From Oculina patagonica (taxonomy: Eukaryota): 64,000 nt of DNA. The stretch lies in contig NC_135767.1 of NCBI RefSeq assembly GCF_052425735.1, forward strand, positions 14,322,001 to 14,386,000. The letters are read 5' to 3'. Of this stretch, positions 39,146 through 52,662 are shown piece by piece. The notes below the pieces were generated by a model, which was not told where the DNA came from, did no database searches, and worked only from the letters and a program-made list of their open reading frames with translations. Positions within the stretch are counted from its first letter, which is position 1. Each line of letters opens with the position of its first letter. The position numbers and the translations under genes are program-made.

Positions 39146-40395
39146 TAAATCGGGCCTCATATCATTGAAGGGAAGCCCGGCATTAAAAGATACTTTAAAA
39201 GAATGCAGCTTAAATGAACGGGCGATACGAATTGGTCACCTTGACTTTAAAGTTTGAGTCTTGAAACAAACTTAACCTTAAAAGGAATTATGTAGCGGCA
39301 ATGAAGCCTTTTATTGCGGTTTTTAAATTAAATGGAACCTCAGAATCATAGCTGTGCTAGCTATAGGTATTGAAACACCAACTAGGAGAAGGCAGAAATA
39401 ACTCTTTACTCAAATTCTGAGTTGGGAAAATTCGACGTCCCATTTGCCCTCGGCGAGGACTAGCAAAGTGATAAAATAAAGCGTTAATATATCGCTATGG
39501 AGTGTCGAGCTGTCGCATGCCTTTGACGTTTGTCCGGCCATAGAGCCGGCAAATGGTTAGAAAGTACTTGAAAAATGTTGTTAAACCTTGCCGAAAAAAT
39601 GCTTTTTTCTTTCAGGGAGCATAGCCTTTCGGTGCAAGGAGCCGGCAGTTTATTTTTTCAGCCGAGTATTGTCAGCTCTTTAGTATTTTAAAATATCTTT
39701 TTGTCCCGCGAGGATCCCGCTTCTGAATATGTCAGACAGCGTCGTTCGTAATTCATTCAGTCACATATAACGTTCTGATTAGTAGTAATTAAATCCGGCT
39801 GAGAGATTGATCGTAAACGTTAAAACCTTTTTACTTTTCAGACGAGGAGAAGAACCTGTTTTCACAGTTTTTTTTTATTGAACTGAAGCTCACGAAATTC
39901 AGTTAACTGAAAACACGGCCCGCGGGAAAAAATTTTGAAGGAGCGCTTTCGCATTCAGTCTTTTTCAAAAGCCATCGGTCTTTTATACTGATAGCGCGCA
40001 CCCAGAACAAAGTAAAAAAAAAAGGACAGTAAACTTTCGTTTTGGTCGGCCTTTTAGGCTGCGCAAAAAAATCAATAGCGCCCTTAACCGAGTTTCATAA
40101 AAGCTGCCCTCTAAATGAAATAACCTTTTGATCAGACATGCCCTCCCTTTGTGTTACATTGCCGCGTGCGGATCATTAGTAATAGTTATAGCCGTTTATC
40201 ACAGCGTGCAGTCTTTTTGATATTTCTATTATGTCCCAGTTCTCGGCAAAGTAACAAGAAAACAACTTCTTTGTCGGACCGCTTTTTTGATGTAAATTGT
40301 TGCCAGCTCCCGAGGTATAAATAAGCTTTACGATGATCTTGCGTTCATTCAGTTTTTAAACAGACAGTAAAACACCACAACACAGTACTTGTATA

Positions 40396-42870
40396 ATGGA
40401 AAATAACAGATTTCGTTCAGTTATTTCTACTCTGGATCCTTTGCTCGGTAAACCACATGTAGTGTCACCCACCTCGAGTCCAACGCCCTTGGAACCAGTC
40501 TCTAGAAAGTCACTGTCCTTCTCCATCAGCGCTATCCTGGGTCTGAAAGATGATGAAAGACGCCAAGATTCACCGAGCATCGGTAAGTAACTCTTCAAAG
40601 TGCTTTGTTGATGATCTACATTGTAAATCACTTATTTCAAGCTATAATCTTTGGAGAAATCATCCGCAATTTATCACGTGAAATGATCATAACATTTCGA
40701 GTGTTAGTACTTCGTAGGAGAGAACAGTATGACATCAAAGTTAGTTCAATACAATGTTTTAAGTTTTCTTAAGATACTGGACGAAATTAAACAGAATATT
40801 TGTTGAACAGATGACCAAAAGCGGCTAATGAATATAAATTGAGCCTAATGCTCGCCTTTTTCGTTGTCATGAACATCCTTCTAAAAGTTAAATAAGTTTA
40901 AATATATCCTAGATCTATTTGTGTCTAGGGCTTTCCACAAGTTGCTCGTAAAATTTGCTCGAAATGTCTGAAAAAGGTGCTCGAAAGGTAATCCAAAAAT
41001 ATAAAAATCTAGAAAAAGCTTTTGATTAAACAAGTTGCTCGAAAGTTACCCCAAAAACTCCAAAACGCTGCATTTTATCAAAAAAAATTCCAAATATATG
41101 CTAACCTCCCTTTGAAGGTAATATTTCTAAGCAGATTAATGCAATGTCTTTGCAACAGAAGTATGAAATCTGTTGAATTGCAGGGAATTCTAGCAACTTG
41201 TGGAAGCTCTGTTTTTGTCGGATTAGTGTTTAGACCCCAATCTACTTGAAGGTACAAATTATAAACAACACTTGCTAGTTGTCCAACTCAACTTCAAAAT
41301 CCTTCTCGCAAAGTGAAAACGTTACACAATTAAAGATATTAGTTGCGATGGCATGTTACTAACTTTGGAGACTAGAATTTGGTAGTTGTTACGCGACTAT
41401 ATGTGTAAAAAACTTTTTTTATATTTGTTTAATACTAATTACTTTCAGAGCGAAACACGCTTCTGTCTGAACTGTGTGTTCGCATTCCAAGTCCTCAACA
41501 CAGCTACAGTGATGGCAGCCCACGATCATCTTCTTATTCTGACAACACAAGTTTCATCAGCGATTGTGACAGCGAACCCGATCAAGTATCGACAAATTCC
41601 GAGCAGCCACCGAGAAAGAAGCAACAGAGAACGACCTTCTCGCCGATTGAAGTGTGGGAGCTGGAACGAGCGTACAAGCGTCGGCCATATTTGATAGCTG
41701 AAGATGAGGAAAAACTGGTGCAGAGATTTGGTATCCCGGCTAGAAGTTTGAAGGTGAGTTGGATATCGATTTATCGCACTTACTGCGAAACTTTTTTTAC
41801 TGAAGATTAAGAGTTTTCAGAATAAAACTGCTGGAGCGATCTCTAGTCATAGCTTATAATATAAAAAATGTTTAAAACAGATCTAAAAATATAAAACGAT
41901 ACTCTAAATTTTCGATCGCCTTCTTCGGTCTTCTTCAGAGAATGATGGATTTTTGCAAGGTTCGCAGAATTCTAATAAGCTACATCGACATTATTGTTCG
42001 TTGTCCCCCTGGGGAGCAACTAGCGATGCGTAAACCCTTGGGAAGGGCGCTCTTTCGTTTATAGTGTTTTTGTCGAGGAAGGAATGCAAGGATTCCAGAA
42101 ACAGTCTTTTTGTTCTTGCTGCTTACACCTGTTTCAAGAATTTCGGCGTAACTTGGATGTATGTCGTGGCCGATTTCTGCATGATGTTTAAGAAATCAGG
42201 ATTTCGAACCTTACAAAAATTATTATATTTTTTTCCTGACTGATCAAATTGATTTGTTATTGTAACGTATGCTTTTAATGAAATACGTCCACGACAATAC
42301 TCACTGAATTGTTACTGTAATATTCTGTTCTAACCATAAATTTAAATAAAATTGAGTTTTTCTTGTTATAAAAATTGCATTGTTGATCGGTACGGCGTCA
42401 AAATCTACCTCAAAGGTGTTCGCAGCATTTGTTTACAATCAGGTTTATATGTTACATGTTACCAATGTTTATTTGTTTCTTTATTCCAGTATTGGTTCCA
42501 GAACCGACGGGCGAAATCAAGAAAAGAAGGAAGAAAAGTGGCATCCGTCCATCAGACCAGCCCGTCGAACCAGTTTGGGCGTCCTGCCAGCAGAGTAATG
42601 CCCATTGTCAGACCACAGTTTCCGATCCAGTCCCCTTCTGATCACTGGAAGCAAGCTGAACGTATGTCCTACCCAGTGCTGGAAAACCAGTTAGAAGATA
42701 AGCTGCGCAGTAGACCAATCACTGCCGACTACCATTACTCGTCATTTAAGTCCAACCAGTTAAGAAGCCGTTCATCGTTCCTGGTACCCATGTGCCACCC
42801 GGACCAGTTCAAGAGAAGACCAGCTGAGCCCGCAAGACTATCGTACAGCCGTAGATTCCAGCCGTACTGA
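40396..42870 (+). CDS. Divergent PRD-class homeobox protein, copy 5; exons 40396-40582, 41449-41753, 42490-42870
   Basis: SFSISAILGL; homeodomain KKQQRTTFSPIEVWELERAY...SLK|YWFQNRRAK; ends RRFQPY*; frames verified across both introns. Confidence 0.9.
40926..41211. mobile_element. hAT-type MITE in intron 1 of copy 5
   Basis: TAGGGCTTTCCACAAGTTGCT / AGCAACTTGTGGAAGCTCTG TIRs; 8-bp TSD TTTGTGTC / TTTTTGTC; absent in copy 4 (~31055). Confidence 0.78.
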
Positions 42871-44244
42871 CTAAGTGTTAAAGGAAGAGTTCAAGAAAGA
42901 AATGATAAAGCAATGTTCATTTTGTTGTCATGAAAGGAAACGTTCATGTAAACAATTGTAATTCGAATTTGAGGGGTTTTAGTTTAAAATTATCTATAAA
43001 GGAAGTACAAAAGAATGTTAATCGTAAAAAGAAATATCGGCAGGTAGTATTATAAATAAACATATTTTAAGTTAAAGACAGCACCGTTTATTTTTTTGTA
43101 ATAAGTATAAATTTAATTCTCTCCAAGATATCATTGAAAGCTGTGAAAATAACACGAGAGAAAATTATCATGGGCTTTCACTCTAGCAAATACGGTGTTT
43201 AACAGTAACAACTCTAGCCTCTCCCTTTCAATTAAGCCTTCCCCTCCATCCATTGATTTCATAACTACAACTGCAATAAGTCTAAAAGATAATCATCACA
43301 AAAAAAGTTTAAATAACTATTCCAGGGGTCTGTTGATAAATATTGAATCGAAAACTCGTGGCAATACACCTGACTACCCAATAGTGATCACCGTCGCTGA
43401 ACCGCTTACCTCACAAACGCGATTAGTTCAATTTATTTTCTGCAATGTAATCCCCGAGCAATAATGGACATATTATGTTAAAGTTTCAGAGGAAAACACT
43501 TCCCTATCTGAACGCTATTAATATTTTTTTATTAATATAAATAACAACTTCTCGTTTGTAAGAAAATAAAACGGCCGGAATCTACCAGGAAGTCGAGTAA
43601 TATTTAATTAAGTTGGACAAAAATCGGACAAAAATCGAATAATTTAAATCATATTGCGTTATTTCCTACCCTTAATAAAAGCTAAAGATCTCGTAATTAT
43701 CCGTGATAACACCAACAACAATTTCTTATCAGAGTCTGAGAAAATGAAATGAATTTCAAAGTCGAAAGGCTATAGGCAAAAACTTACGTGTAGCCATGTA
43801 AAATCGTCTTTAAGCGATTCAGTGGAACTTCGAAATCTAGCAAATACGGTTCGATGTTCGGTGTTGTTAAAAAAATATTTCTTCTGATAAGGTATGATTT
43901 AAGCAGTGACACAAAAGCTTGCAATATGAAGGTGTAAATAATTTTGGTACACAATTTTGTCCAATATCTACTCGAAGTTCTGGCTGATTTCATCAGTCTA
44001 AATATCGTTATAAATACATTTAAAGACGTGAATGGCATATCATTTGTACGGCGAGCACAATTGGTTTTTTATAACTAAGTTTCCGCAGCTGCAAAGTCAG
44101 CTGTATACATAAAAGCTTGGGAACGGAAGCATTTCCACACCCGAACAAAAGGCGCAAGATAGACGCTTTTTAAAGATCAATTAATTCCAAAAAAACGGAC
44201 TTTTCACAAAACGTCGTTGTGAGCCCAAGTGGTGTTTCCGTGGG

Positions 44245-45174
44245 ATGGCTGAGAACTTCAGCGTCGTTTTACAAGGTCTCTACCTCGATCCTGACATTCC
44301 GTTCGCCTTGTACATGTTCGACGTTTCAGTTAACGTCGTTTTTTCAATCATAACTATCATTGGTAATTCACTCATCATGGCCGCGCTATGGAAGATCCCT
44401 TTCACACAAGTTCATACAGTTTTGAAGGCGTTTCTTTTCAACCTTGCGCTGGCCGACCTGGGTGTTGGACTTATAGTGCAACCTTTGTACATTTCGTCCG
44501 TGCTGACAGCAACCAGTGGATACCAGAACGCGTCGCGAATTCTAGGGGCGGTATTTTACCTCGGAAACTGGTGCTTGCCAAATGTGTCAATTGTTTTTCT
44601 CACAGCGATTGCAGTAGACCGTTTCCTCGCCTTGTATCTGCGTCTACGGTACCGTACTGTAGTCACATTGAAGAAAGTTGTGACGGTGTTAGCGGCGCTT
44701 TGGGTTTTTACATTCGCTAGTACATTGCTCATTGTTTACAACAGCAAAATATACAACATCGCGGCGAATGTTACCTTAGCTGTGTGCTTGTCATTGACAA
44801 CATTTTGTTACCTCAAAATTTATTTAACGCTGAGGCGACATAATAACTGTGTACGGATTCCACTTCAAACTGCGAACGCTTCATGCCAAAGGGAAATTTC
44901 CTCCCAACAACGTTTTAATATTATGCGCTACAGACGTTCTGTTTGGAACATGTTGTATGTTTATGGTGCATTTCTTTTCTGTTCTCTGCCACTGTTTTGC
45001 ATCCTGATCGTAATTCACGTACGTGGAGTCGACAGAACGATGAAAATATCCCGATTTCTTGCAGCGACCTTGATTTTTATTAACTGCTCCCTTAACCCAA
45101 TACTTTATTGTTGGAAAATTCGTGAAATTAGACGAGTGGTGCTGACAATACTGTCTGGTATATTTTGTAGATAA
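44245..45174 (+). CDS. Intronless orphan class A (rhodopsin-family) GPCR, 309 aa
   Basis: 7 hydrophobic segments; GN, LALAD, DRF, LP and NPILY motifs. Confidence 0.93.
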   Translation: MAENFSVVLQGLYLDPDIPFALYMFDVSVNVVFSIITIIGNSLIMAALWKIPFTQVHTVLKAFLFNLALADLGVGLIVQPLYISSVLTATSGYQNASRILGAVFYLGNWCLPNVSIVFLTAIAVDRFLALYLRLRYRTVVTLKKVVTVLAALWVFTFASTLLIVYNSKIYNIAANVTLAVCLSLTTFCYLKIYLTLRRHNNCVRIPLQTANASCQREISSQQRFNIMRYRRSVWNMLYVYGAFLFCSLPLFCILIVIHVRGVDRTMKISRFLAATLIFINCSLNPILYCWKIREIRRVVLTILSGIFCR

Positions 45175-47950
45175 AACACACGCTATACTTAAAGGAAAAC
45201 TGTAACCAGCTTTACTTCAAAAATTAGAACCTTAAGACGTATGGAAACCTATAAATAATGGTCCAGTTCTGTTATAAGCTATAAACAAGTAATAATAATT
45301 TTATTCCCATGCCATCAAGAACTATAGATCTCAACATGAAAAAGTCAGATTGTTTTTTTCACGTTCTGCCTTTGACGTTGAAATACAGCTAAAAACTAAT
45401 AACGGCTTCCCTCTTCCTTCAACAACAATTTACTTCATATCTTCATCTTGATGTTTAAGGCGCATTTCATGTACGAGCGAGAGTCACCTTCACCTGTCCT
45501 GTAAAAAATTGACTTTGCAGTGCCACTTTCTAGAAATAACAATATACTATTCCTTTAAAACTATGCCAAGACATTATTTATTTATAATATGCTAAAGGTT
45601 TTTTAATTCAGTTTTCCAAGTGTGCCTTATTGAGGGAAATTTACAATTGTCTTAAATTGGCGCAACGTTAACGTGCATAATAGGGTGATTTTCGTGTAGA
45701 TTTATAGGAAAGTAAAGGTCATATTTCCTGAGGAAATTAAATTAACGCTACCTAAAAGATTTTAATTAAGACAAAAACAGAGCCAGATCGCTCAATATGC
45801 AAAGTTGATAAAACAAAGCACAAATGTCGAACATTATGCGAGCTTGTTCGATTGATTGTATCCAGTTGCAGTCAATATTCGTCTTTTCTGATAAACGTTC
45901 TGATGCTAAATGTATATCTTCCATCAACATAGTAATGAATTTTACAAGAACATCAAAAATTTTGTTGCAAGCTATGGTTATTAATGTCGTCTCAGTTTAG
46001 GAGAGAAAAAGAAAATGCTTTATAGTTTATGTTAAACAGCTATTATTTTTTACCTGCTTAGAATGCCGTTCACATAGATGGCAAGACCATCTATAATTCT
46101 AGTATTTTTTTCAAGTTTCAATAGGTATAGTGTTAATAATTACTTAACATTTCTTTATCAGATGTAAGAGTTTCCTTTTTTTTGATTTCGTTTTAAATGG
46201 TGTTCGATTTTTTTTTGCCTACTTAAGATGTGCTCGAATAGCTCAACGAAGTCTTGTTTTTTTTCATCGTCAAGTTATCTAAAGAGGAACGAAGATGTTA
46301 GTAATGTATGTAAATATAAATATAAAACTTTGTAAAAAATTTTTTAACAAGACTTTACTTTACTTTATTCGACGCTTTAGACGAGGTGAAAAGGTAGAGT
46401 TTGCGAAACTTAGATTGTCTTTTTGATCGAAGGGGGATTAAAATTGTTAGTTTATTTAAGTCTCGAAGAATTATTTAATTTATTTATTAAAACTCCAGGG
46501 TATAGTTCGTTAACTTTGTAATTAATATCCTTCAACAAAGTTCACATTGATGGCCTTTTAAAATACTCGTTTCTAAATAGAAAACTTTTAAAAGCAAATC
46601 AATTCTACCTCAAGAAACCTGTGTGGACTCAGCTTTGATCTGTAAGATTATATTTCAATAATACCATGAACCAATTACAAGAACAACCGAAAAGGACAAT
46701 TCGTACTCTGAATTTGAGTTCGAAAATTTTGATCGGATCAGAATCGATAAAAAAAAGTGACAAAAAAACAACAACAACAAAAAAACAGACAAAAATGGAA
46801 ACCAACGTGGTTATAGAGAAAATCTTTTCCGAGGCATCTCTGTGGCTACTTAAATATATTTATTTGTTTTCTACAGAACAATCGTCATAAAAATTTGGTT
46901 ATAACCAATAGTATTTCGGTCACTCAGTTTTGTTTACAAAACTAAGCAAGAAAAGGACATTTTAATAATATTAGAGATTTCAAATGTATAGCTTAATTTA
47001 AGACTTACGTCAGAAAGCAAAACAGAAACTTAAACAGACAACTTTCAAATTCAACTGGGTTTGCAATGTGTATGATATAAATTCTACTTTTGAATCGAAA
47101 GTCTTGCCCCTTCATTTTTTCATCGTGTTATAGTTTAGCCAGAAATATCTTTGTCAGACTTCCAGTAATATCATCCCGGATATTGCCTAATCTGAAAAGA
47201 ATATTGCCTTGCACCACCTATGTTCACTAATATTGCCTAGTCCCATTCGTTAGTGCCTTAGGTCTCAAATAATTTATTGTTTAAAGTTCAAGGATATAAT
47301 TACAATGAAAGAAACTCCGCCATCTAACCAACAGTTAAAGGTGTATTTTGCCTTCATCTGTCAAAACAGGGTTATAAGGTGGTATAAAAGTGTAAAAAGG
47401 CCATTTGATAAAAATTGAACTGACACCAAAGCGAGAAAAGGTTATTTTATCGACAAAAACTGTCAAAGCAACCGCACATTTACACCCTATTTAAAACGCA
47501 GCAGAGTCAAAATCAGAAAACATGTGTCGTTTTCATTCGATTTAACTCCACTAAATAATTTATTGACGTCAAATAACAGCAAATTTTGTCGTTTTTTGAA
47601 GATTAATTTGTTTTATAGGAGATTTTCCTTTTAATGCAAATGTCAATTTTTCCTTTTTAAGCTATTTTAAGAACTCAAAAACGTAATGACTGAATACACA
47701 GACGTGATGTGCATATCATTTGTACACCGTAATGATTTTATAAACGTGCGAAGTTTTGCGAAGGTAGCCGCTGTTCAAACACAAACTTTGGATCGAATTG
47801 AATCCTTTGAAAATATACCCAAACAAATGAGCGAATGTAAGATATAGCTCTTGAAGACTAAGCTAGACCCATTGCGTCTGCCACTTTGAAAAAGACGAAT
47901 CTTCTGAAAAAAACATTTTTCAGGGTTTTATTGCAATTCAGTACAACGCC

Positions 47951-48886
47951 ATGGCTGAGAATTTCACAGTTGTTTCCCAAGGCCTCTATTTGGACCCAGA
48001 AATCCCTCGAGCCTTATACATCTTCGACGTAGCAGTGAACGCCGTCTTTTCAATTATAACGATTATTGGCAACGTGCTTATAATGGTCGCGCTGAGAAAG
48101 ATCCCATTAACACAAGTTCATACAGTGTTCAAGGCGTATCTTTTTAACCTCGCATTGGCAGATTTAGGTGTGGGACTTGTTGTGCAGCCATTGTACATCT
48201 CCGCTGTTTCAACGGCTTTGAGCGGCTACGAAAACGCCTCACGTATTCTCGGGGCGGTGTTTTATCTTGGAAACTGGTTCCTGCCCAATGTGTCTTTCGC
48301 ATTTTTGACAACAATCGCGGTCGATCGTTTCCTAGTATTACATTTTCATCTGAGGTACCGTAATGTGGTTACGTTGAAGAAAGTTGTGATATGGTTGCTG
48401 TTTCTTTGGGCCTTGGCATTCTTAGGAACTTTATTCATCATTTACGATCACACGATATTTAATATCGGAATTCTCTTGGTTTTAGCAGTGTGTTTGCCGT
48501 TAACAACCTTTTGCTACCTGAAGATTTATTTAACACTTCGACGCCACGACAAAACCATAAGAGAACAGTCTCCCCTTGAAAATGTGTATGCGATATACCG
48601 AATAAAACCTCCGAGCGCGAAACGCTTTAACATGATGCGTTACAGGCGCTCCGTAAAGAACATGTTATACGTTTATGCTGCGTTTGTTCTTTGCTATCTA
48701 CCACTGCTCTGCGTTCTGATCGTAATACACGTACAAGGAGTGGACAGAACGGCGAAGATATTTCGATTTTTAGGGGCGACATTGATTTTTATCAACTCTT
48801 CGCTCAACCCGCTTCTTTATTGTTGGAAAATCCGTGAGATACGGCGAGCGGTATTAAGGACACTGTCAGATATTTTTTGCAACTAA
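47951..48886 (+). CDS. Intronless orphan class A GPCR, 311 aa (paralog)
   Basis: GN, LALAD, DRF, CYLP and NPLLY motifs. Confidence 0.93.
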   Translation: MAENFTVVSQGLYLDPEIPRALYIFDVAVNAVFSIITIIGNVLIMVALRKIPLTQVHTVFKAYLFNLALADLGVGLVVQPLYISAVSTALSGYENASRILGAVFYLGNWFLPNVSFAFLTTIAVDRFLVLHFHLRYRNVVTLKKVVIWLLFLWALAFLGTLFIIYDHTIFNIGILLVLAVCLPLTTFCYLKIYLTLRRHDKTIREQSPLENVYAIYRIKPPSAKRFNMMRYRRSVKNMLYVYAAFVLCYLPLLCVLIVIHVQGVDRTAKIFRFLGATLIFINSSLNPLLYCWKIREIRRAVLRTLSDIFCN

Positions 48887-49795
48887 AACACTTTTCTAAT
48901 ACTTGTATGTTATTTTTAAATTCGACTGTAATTTGTTTCAGTTAGTTTCATATAAACTTCAGTGACCAACTTTTAAATGTTGTTGTTATTTTTTTCTTGT
49001 AGTGCCATTAATAAAACACTCATTTTTCCAGTGCAATATACGTCTATTTTTTGTTGTGTTTTATCGCGAGTTTGTAAATTTGTTTCTCTTATCCTTGACC
49101 ATATTTAACAATTATTCACCCCAGCCTCGGTCAATATATGTGACGCACTTTAGAATAATATTTACTTTGTTACACGACTGTGACGGCCGAGAACACCCAA
49201 GTAACAAATATCAGCCAATCAGAATGTTTCATTGCCGCTTCAATATTTGCAAGTATCAATAATTATTATCTAAGTATAATGTTTCTTCAGCTCTCTTTCG
49301 ATTATGACTGTGCAGTTTACATGAATCCTTCTTTAATTTTTTAGATAAACTCGGAGTTTCTGGAACTTCTTGGGCTAATTCGTAAATTTTTGCACGGGTT
49401 TTAATTTCGTTATTTTTGACTATCGTCAAATGATTTCGAAAATTACATACATAGATAGCAAATTAATAAAAATACCACTTGCTGTACTTTAAGTCACAAG
49501 TCTTTCCCTCTGTTATTTGCTTTATTGTGCATTAAAAATAAAACAGCACTTTTTGGAAGCTGAAAGTTTTAGTGATTTTCTTAGCTTCAAAATAAAATCT
49601 AGCCATTCAATTTTGAACGAAATACCTCGCGTCTATTTCAACTTTTGCGGTGGCTAATTTCGGCCACAATTTTCCAGATGTCCCCGTCGAAAGAACATTT
49701 AAATCACTAAAATGTATTTTCTGTCTCTAACCAATGACCTTTAACCTTTCCCATTTTATGACGTTAATGGCGTAGGTTTTTTTGTTTGTTCCTAA

Positions 49796-50544
49796 GGGTG
49801 CGTTTCTTTGGGAAAAATCCAAATCCGGATTCTTGATCCAAAAACGGATTTTGCGTTTCTTTACCTATATCCGAAAATGGATTAATCTTGGATCAATGAT
49901 CTGAAGAATCCACACTTCGAGTGGATACATCAGATCATATCTGAATCCGGATTTTTAGGATTCATGATCCGTGCGTTTCTTTGGGAAAGGATTCGAAAAA
50001 AGTACCTTGGCCCAGCGGTCTTTGCTGTGAAAATACAGGTTCGCTCTTTGTAAACACTGCCATACGGAAAGTTTTAGGCGGTTATTTCGATCAAAATACA
50101 AAAATATTTCATGATAAAAGGAAACGGTAGCTTCAGATAGGTATGTAGTATCATTTTAAACGGGATACAGGTTTTCTAGAACAGCCACTGTGTGCCTACG
50201 GAAGTTGTATCCTTTTGAAATTGTCACGAGTGAATTTTGCACTGATCATTTCGCAATCATTCTTCGCGCTCAGATGCTTTCTCGCCACATTGTGCTTAAC
50301 GCTAAAGAAGATCTACTTCGACGTGTGGTTTTTGTAAAAGATTTTGTATGCTTAAATTATTTTAGCTAGGATACATTCGACGAAAAATAAATTTGTGCTG
50401 ATATTTTATGTTTTGTGCGAAATGTGTTTACGGGGTTGTCATGGCAAAAACCCGTTTTCGGATTCTTCGTTTCTTTGGGAGCAAAGTATCCGTGTGATCT
50501 GAGATCAATGATCCAATTTTGGATTTTCCCAAAGAAACGCACCC
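49796..50544. mobile_element. PIF/Harbinger-type MITE, TAA TSD
   Basis: TAA-GGGTGCGTTTCTTTGGGAAAA...TTTTCCCAAAGAAACGCACCC-TAA; uninterrupted paralogous flank inverted at ~62300-62380. Confidence 0.88.
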
Positions 50545-51723
50545 TAAGTTTCGTATAGTTTAAATCTTAATCTGTGCATTCTGATTAGTTAACCCAACAG
50601 CGTCATCATGATTAATACGCGATAAGAGGAAGCCCTTGATCACAAAATTAAAAAGAGTAAAAAAAATATATATATATATGTTCTTGTCCAAAGAAAACGC
50701 AAAAAATTCTATGGATTTTCCGGCGCTGTAAATTCACTTGGGATGTTGGGAGAATGCTGAAAAGGCTCGTCTTTCTTTCTTTGAAAATCTCGCAAGATTT
50801 TTTGTTGTATTAATATTTCCCCACCAACCTGGAATCTTTTCTTTTCGTTCAGATATCTTTGTCACACTTCCAGTAATATCATCCCGGACTGCCTAATCTG
50901 ATCAAAATATTGCCTAGCACCACCTATGTTCCCTCATATTGCCTAGTCACGGTCACTTATTGCCTTAGTCAGTGATTTCGATTCTTGACTTTGCCTTTTC
51001 AAAAACTGATATTGGGTCTTATATTATATATATATATATTTTTTTTAAGTTCAAGGATATATATATTTTTTAAGTTCAAGGATATAATTACAATGAAAGA
51101 AACTCCGCCATCTAACCGACAGTTGAGGGTGTATTTTGCCTTCATCTGTCAAAACAGGGTTATAATGTGGCGTAAGAGTATAAAAACAGCCACCAGATAA
51201 AAATAAAACTGACACTAAAATGAGAAAAGGTTCATTTGAGGACAAAAATACGTCAAAACAACCGCACATTTACACCCTATTTAAAACGCAGCAGAGTCAA
51301 AATCAGAAACAATGAGTCGTTTTCTTTCGATTTAACTCGACTAAATGATTAATTGGCATCAAATAACAGAAAATTTTGTCGTTTTTAAAGATTAATTTGT
51401 TTTATAGGAGATTTTTCTGTCAATTATTCCTTTTTAAGCTTTTTTAAGAACTTGAAAACGCAATGACTGAATACACAGACGTGATGTGCATATCATTTGT
51501 ACAACATAATGACTTTATGAACGTGCAAAGTTTTGCGAAGGTGGCGGCTGTACAAATATAATCTCTGGATCGAGTTGAATCCTTGGAAAGTATACCCAAA
51601 CAAATGAGCGAATGTAAGATATAGCTCTTGAAGATTAAGGTATATCCATTGCGTCTTCTACTTTGAAAAGGCGAATCTTCTGAAAAACATTGTCGAGGGT
51701 TAGATTGCAATTTGTTCAAAACC

Positions 51724-52662
51724 ATGGCTGAGAATTTCACCGTTATTGTTTCCCAAGGCCTCTATCTGGACCCGGAAATTCCCCGAGCCTTATACATCTT
51801 CGACGTAGCAGTGAACGCTTTATTTTCAATCATAACGATTCTTGGCAACGTGCTTATAATGGTTGCGCTGAGGAAGATCCCGTTAACACAAGTGCATACG
51901 GTTTTGAAGGCGTATCTTTTTAACCTCGCACTGGCAGACTTAGGTGTGGGACTTGTTGTGCAACCATTGTACATCTCGGCTGTTTCAACGGGTTTGAGCG
52001 GCTACCAAAACGCTTCGCGTATTCTCGGGGCAGTGTTTTATCTTGGAAACTGGTTCTTGCCCAATGTGTCTTTTGCATTTCTGACAACAATCGCGGTCGA
52101 TCGTTTCCTAGTATTACATCTTCGTCCGCGGTACCGTAATGTGGTTACGTTTAAGAAGGTTGTGATATGGTTGCTGCTTTTATAGGCCTTTGCATTCTCT
52201 GGAACTTTATTCATCATGTACGATCACACAATATACAATATCGTAATTCTCTTGGTTTTAGTAGTGTATTTGCCGTTAACAACCTTTTGCTACCTGAAGA
52301 TTTATTTAACACTTCGACGCCACGACAAAACCATAAGAGAACAGTCTCCCCTTGAAAATGTGTATGCGATATACCGAATAAAACCTTCGAGCGCGAAACG
52401 CTTTAACATGATGCGTTACAGGCGCTCCGTAAAGAACATGTTATACGTTTATGCCGCGTTTGTTCTTTGCTATCTTCCACTGCTCTGCGTCTTGATCGTA
52501 ATCCACGTACAAGGAGTGGACAGAACGGCGAAGATATTTCGATTTTTAGGGGCGACATTGATTTTTATCAACTCTTCGCTCAACCCGCTTCTTTATTGTT
52601 GGAAAATCAGTGAGATACGGCGAGCGGTGTTAAGGACACTGTCAGATATTTTTTGCAACTAA
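51724..52662 (+). pseudogene. GPCR duplicate with a single in-frame nonsense codon
   Basis: TAG at 52183-52185 replaces the TM4 TGG of the 47951 paralog; ORFs 51712 and 52216 are in the same frame. Confidence 0.88.

Noticed and set aside
13038-42870. Hox/ParaHox/NK cluster or a named gene symbol
   Set aside because: Intron at 46/47 and residue pattern are not ANTP-type; no confident orthology, so no symbol is assigned.
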